Assembly (NCBI GenBank): GCA_013151235.1
Contig: JAADIO010000002.1
Span: 62,001-105,368, forward strand
DNA: 43,368 nucleotides
Direction: 5' to 3'
DNA from: Deltaproteobacteria bacterium
GTDB taxonomy: Bacteria > CG2-30-53-67
The notes below the pieces were generated by a model. The model made no database searches and was not told the origin of the DNA. It worked only from the letters and a program-made list of their open reading frames with translations. The stretch's first letter is position 1; each line of letters begins with the position of its first letter. The position numbers and the translations under genes are program-made. This document shows positions 42,044 through 43,368 of the stretch, piece by piece.

Positions 42044-43368
42044 GAAAAGGTTTCTTCACGTCACGACTCCACGTTGCGGTCCTGGCCTGCCTGCTCCTCC
42101 TCTATCCGGTGGTTTCCGATGCCGGGGAGGCGCTGACCCTTGACCAGGCTTTCCATACCGCACTGACCGAAAGCCCCCTGGTTGCCCGGAGCCGTCAGGA
42201 TGTTGAGGCTGCAAGTCAGGGAAGAAGAGCCGCTCGGGGAAAGCGGCTTCCCCGGATCGACCTGTACGCCCGGGCCGTACGGTTGAGCGATCCCCAGGTG
42301 GTGATCCCGATCAAGAGCTTTAATATGAAGACCCCTCCGGCCTTTAGTCGCGATCAATACGGCGCCGGTGTAACCTTCCGGCTTCCTCTCTATGAAGGCG
42401 GTCGTCTCAAACGTGCGGTGACTGTCGCCGAATTCTCCAGGGAGATCTCCAAGTCCGGGCTCCGGCTGACGACCCAGGACCTGCTGGCCGATGTCACCAA
42501 CATCTTCAACCGGATCCTCTATCTCAAGGGGTTGACCGCAGCGGAAGAGGAAACGTTGACGGCGCTGAAGAAGGCACGAGAAGATGCGGCGCTCAAGCTG
42601 AAGGTTGGACGAATCGCCCCGGTCGATCTCATGCGGATTGAGACCCAGGTGGCCGAACAGGAACAGGCATTGATCCAAAGCCGGGAGGATCAGAGGCGGT
42701 CGCAACAGACCCTCGCCCTGCTTCTCGGCTGGAAACCCTCCCGGGAACCCGAGGCGGTAGGCACATTGGCGCCCCCGGCGCCCGGATCCGTTCCGACCGA
42801 GGATGAAATCGCAAAGACCCTGATCGAAAAACGCCCCGATATCCAAATGGCGATCGGAAAGGTTCGGAAGGCGGCGGCCACAGTCGAAATGATCCGGGGA
42901 TTGCATCTCCCTTCGGTGGACCTGGTGACGGATTACGGCAAGAAGACCGGAAGCGGCGGACAGGGCGGCGAAGAGGTCTGGTCCGGGGGGGTCGTCGTGA
43001 ATCTCAACCTTTTCAGCGGCGGCACGATCTCGGCCCAGGCCGCGCAGGCCGAAGCCCGCCTCTCTGCTGCCGAGGAAGAGCTCCGGCAGGCGAAGCTCAA
43101 GGCCCGGACCGAGATCCTGCATGCCCTTTCCGGTATGCGGGAGGCCCGGCATCGGTTTGAGGTGGCCGCTTCGGCCAGGAAGACCGCAGAGGAGACCTAC
43201 CGGATCGAAGATCTCCGGTATCGGAAGGGGGATGGTACCGTGACGGACAGCCTTCTGGCCCAGGGGGCCTGGCTGTCCGCCCGGGCGAACGAGCTGGCTG
43301 CACTCTTCGATATGCAGAAGGCGGTCGTGGACTACCGGCTCGCTGCGGGCACCATTGATGAGGGGCTG
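42040..43368 (+). CDS. TolC-family outer membrane efflux protein (3' truncated by window; absent from ORF track)
   Basis: ATG overlaps the arsR TGA; translation MRKGFFTSRLHVAVLACLLLLYPVVSDAGEALTLDQAF..LPRIDL..LPLYEGG..RPDI..LPSVDL..LNLFSGG..YRLAAG shows two OEP repeats. Confidence 0.9.
   Translation, partial: MRKGFFTSRLHVAVLACLLLLYPVVSDAGEALTLDQAFHTALTESPLVARSRQDVEAASQGRRAARGKRLPRIDLYARAVRLSDPQVVIPIKSFNMKTPPAFSRDQYGAGVTFRLPLYEGGRLKRAVTVAEFSREISKSGLRLTTQDLLADVTNIFNRILYLKGLTAAEEETLTALKKAREDAALKLKVGRIAPVDLMRIETQVAEQEQALIQSREDQRRSQQTLALLLGWKPSREPEAVGTLAPPAPGSVPTEDEIAKTLIEKRPDIQMAIGKVRKAAATVEMIRGLHLPSVDLVTDYGKKTGSGGQGGEEVWSGGVVVNLNLFSGGTISAQAAQAEARLSAAEEELRQAKLKARTEILHALSGMREARHRFEVAASARKTAEETYRIEDLRYRKGDGTVTDSLLAQGAWLSARANELAALFDMQKAVVDYRLAAGTIDEGL

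Noticed and set aside
42061-43152. 363-aa minus-strand ORF
   Set aside because: It is the antisense shadow of the plus-strand TolC gene.

Overview
GC-rich bacterial chromosomal window. Gene content (mglBA, four-subunit POR, hcp, DapL) suggests an anaerobic deltaproteobacterial-type organism, which is inference only. Order: 3' part of gyrA, a TPR lipoprotein, serS, a tRNA cluster (Ser-TGA, Ser-GCT, Ser-GGA, Arg-ACG), tadA, tRNA-Ser-CGA, SRP RNA, dnaX-ybaB-recR, porCDAB-type oxidoreductase, mglB-mglA, an atypical REC-GAF protein behind a candidate c-di-GMP-I riboswitch, DUF547 protein, glycogen debranching enzyme, bactofilin, methyltransferase, DUF4388 protein, a 171-bp MITE with nested REP-like palindromes, rpsF-rpsR-murA-dapB-dapL (minus), glpK, ferritin-like protein, cold-shock protein, hcp, a BrnT/BrnA toxin-antitoxin pair, a truncated ERCC4 gene, an FdhF-AsrA-AsrB-like operon, ackA-xfp-glgP (minus), a TIGR03790-like protein, ArsR and a partial TolC gene. 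The most striking signal is non-coding. Three different tRNA-Ser genes are each followed by a homologous 203-208 bp gene-less element. Each element ends in a 19-20 bp copy of its own tRNA 3' end, carries an internal antisense copy of its own tRNA T-arm that co-varies with the target, and has a conserved hairpin core with compensatory changes and GNA triloops. All calls come from reading the sequence by eye; no searches were run.
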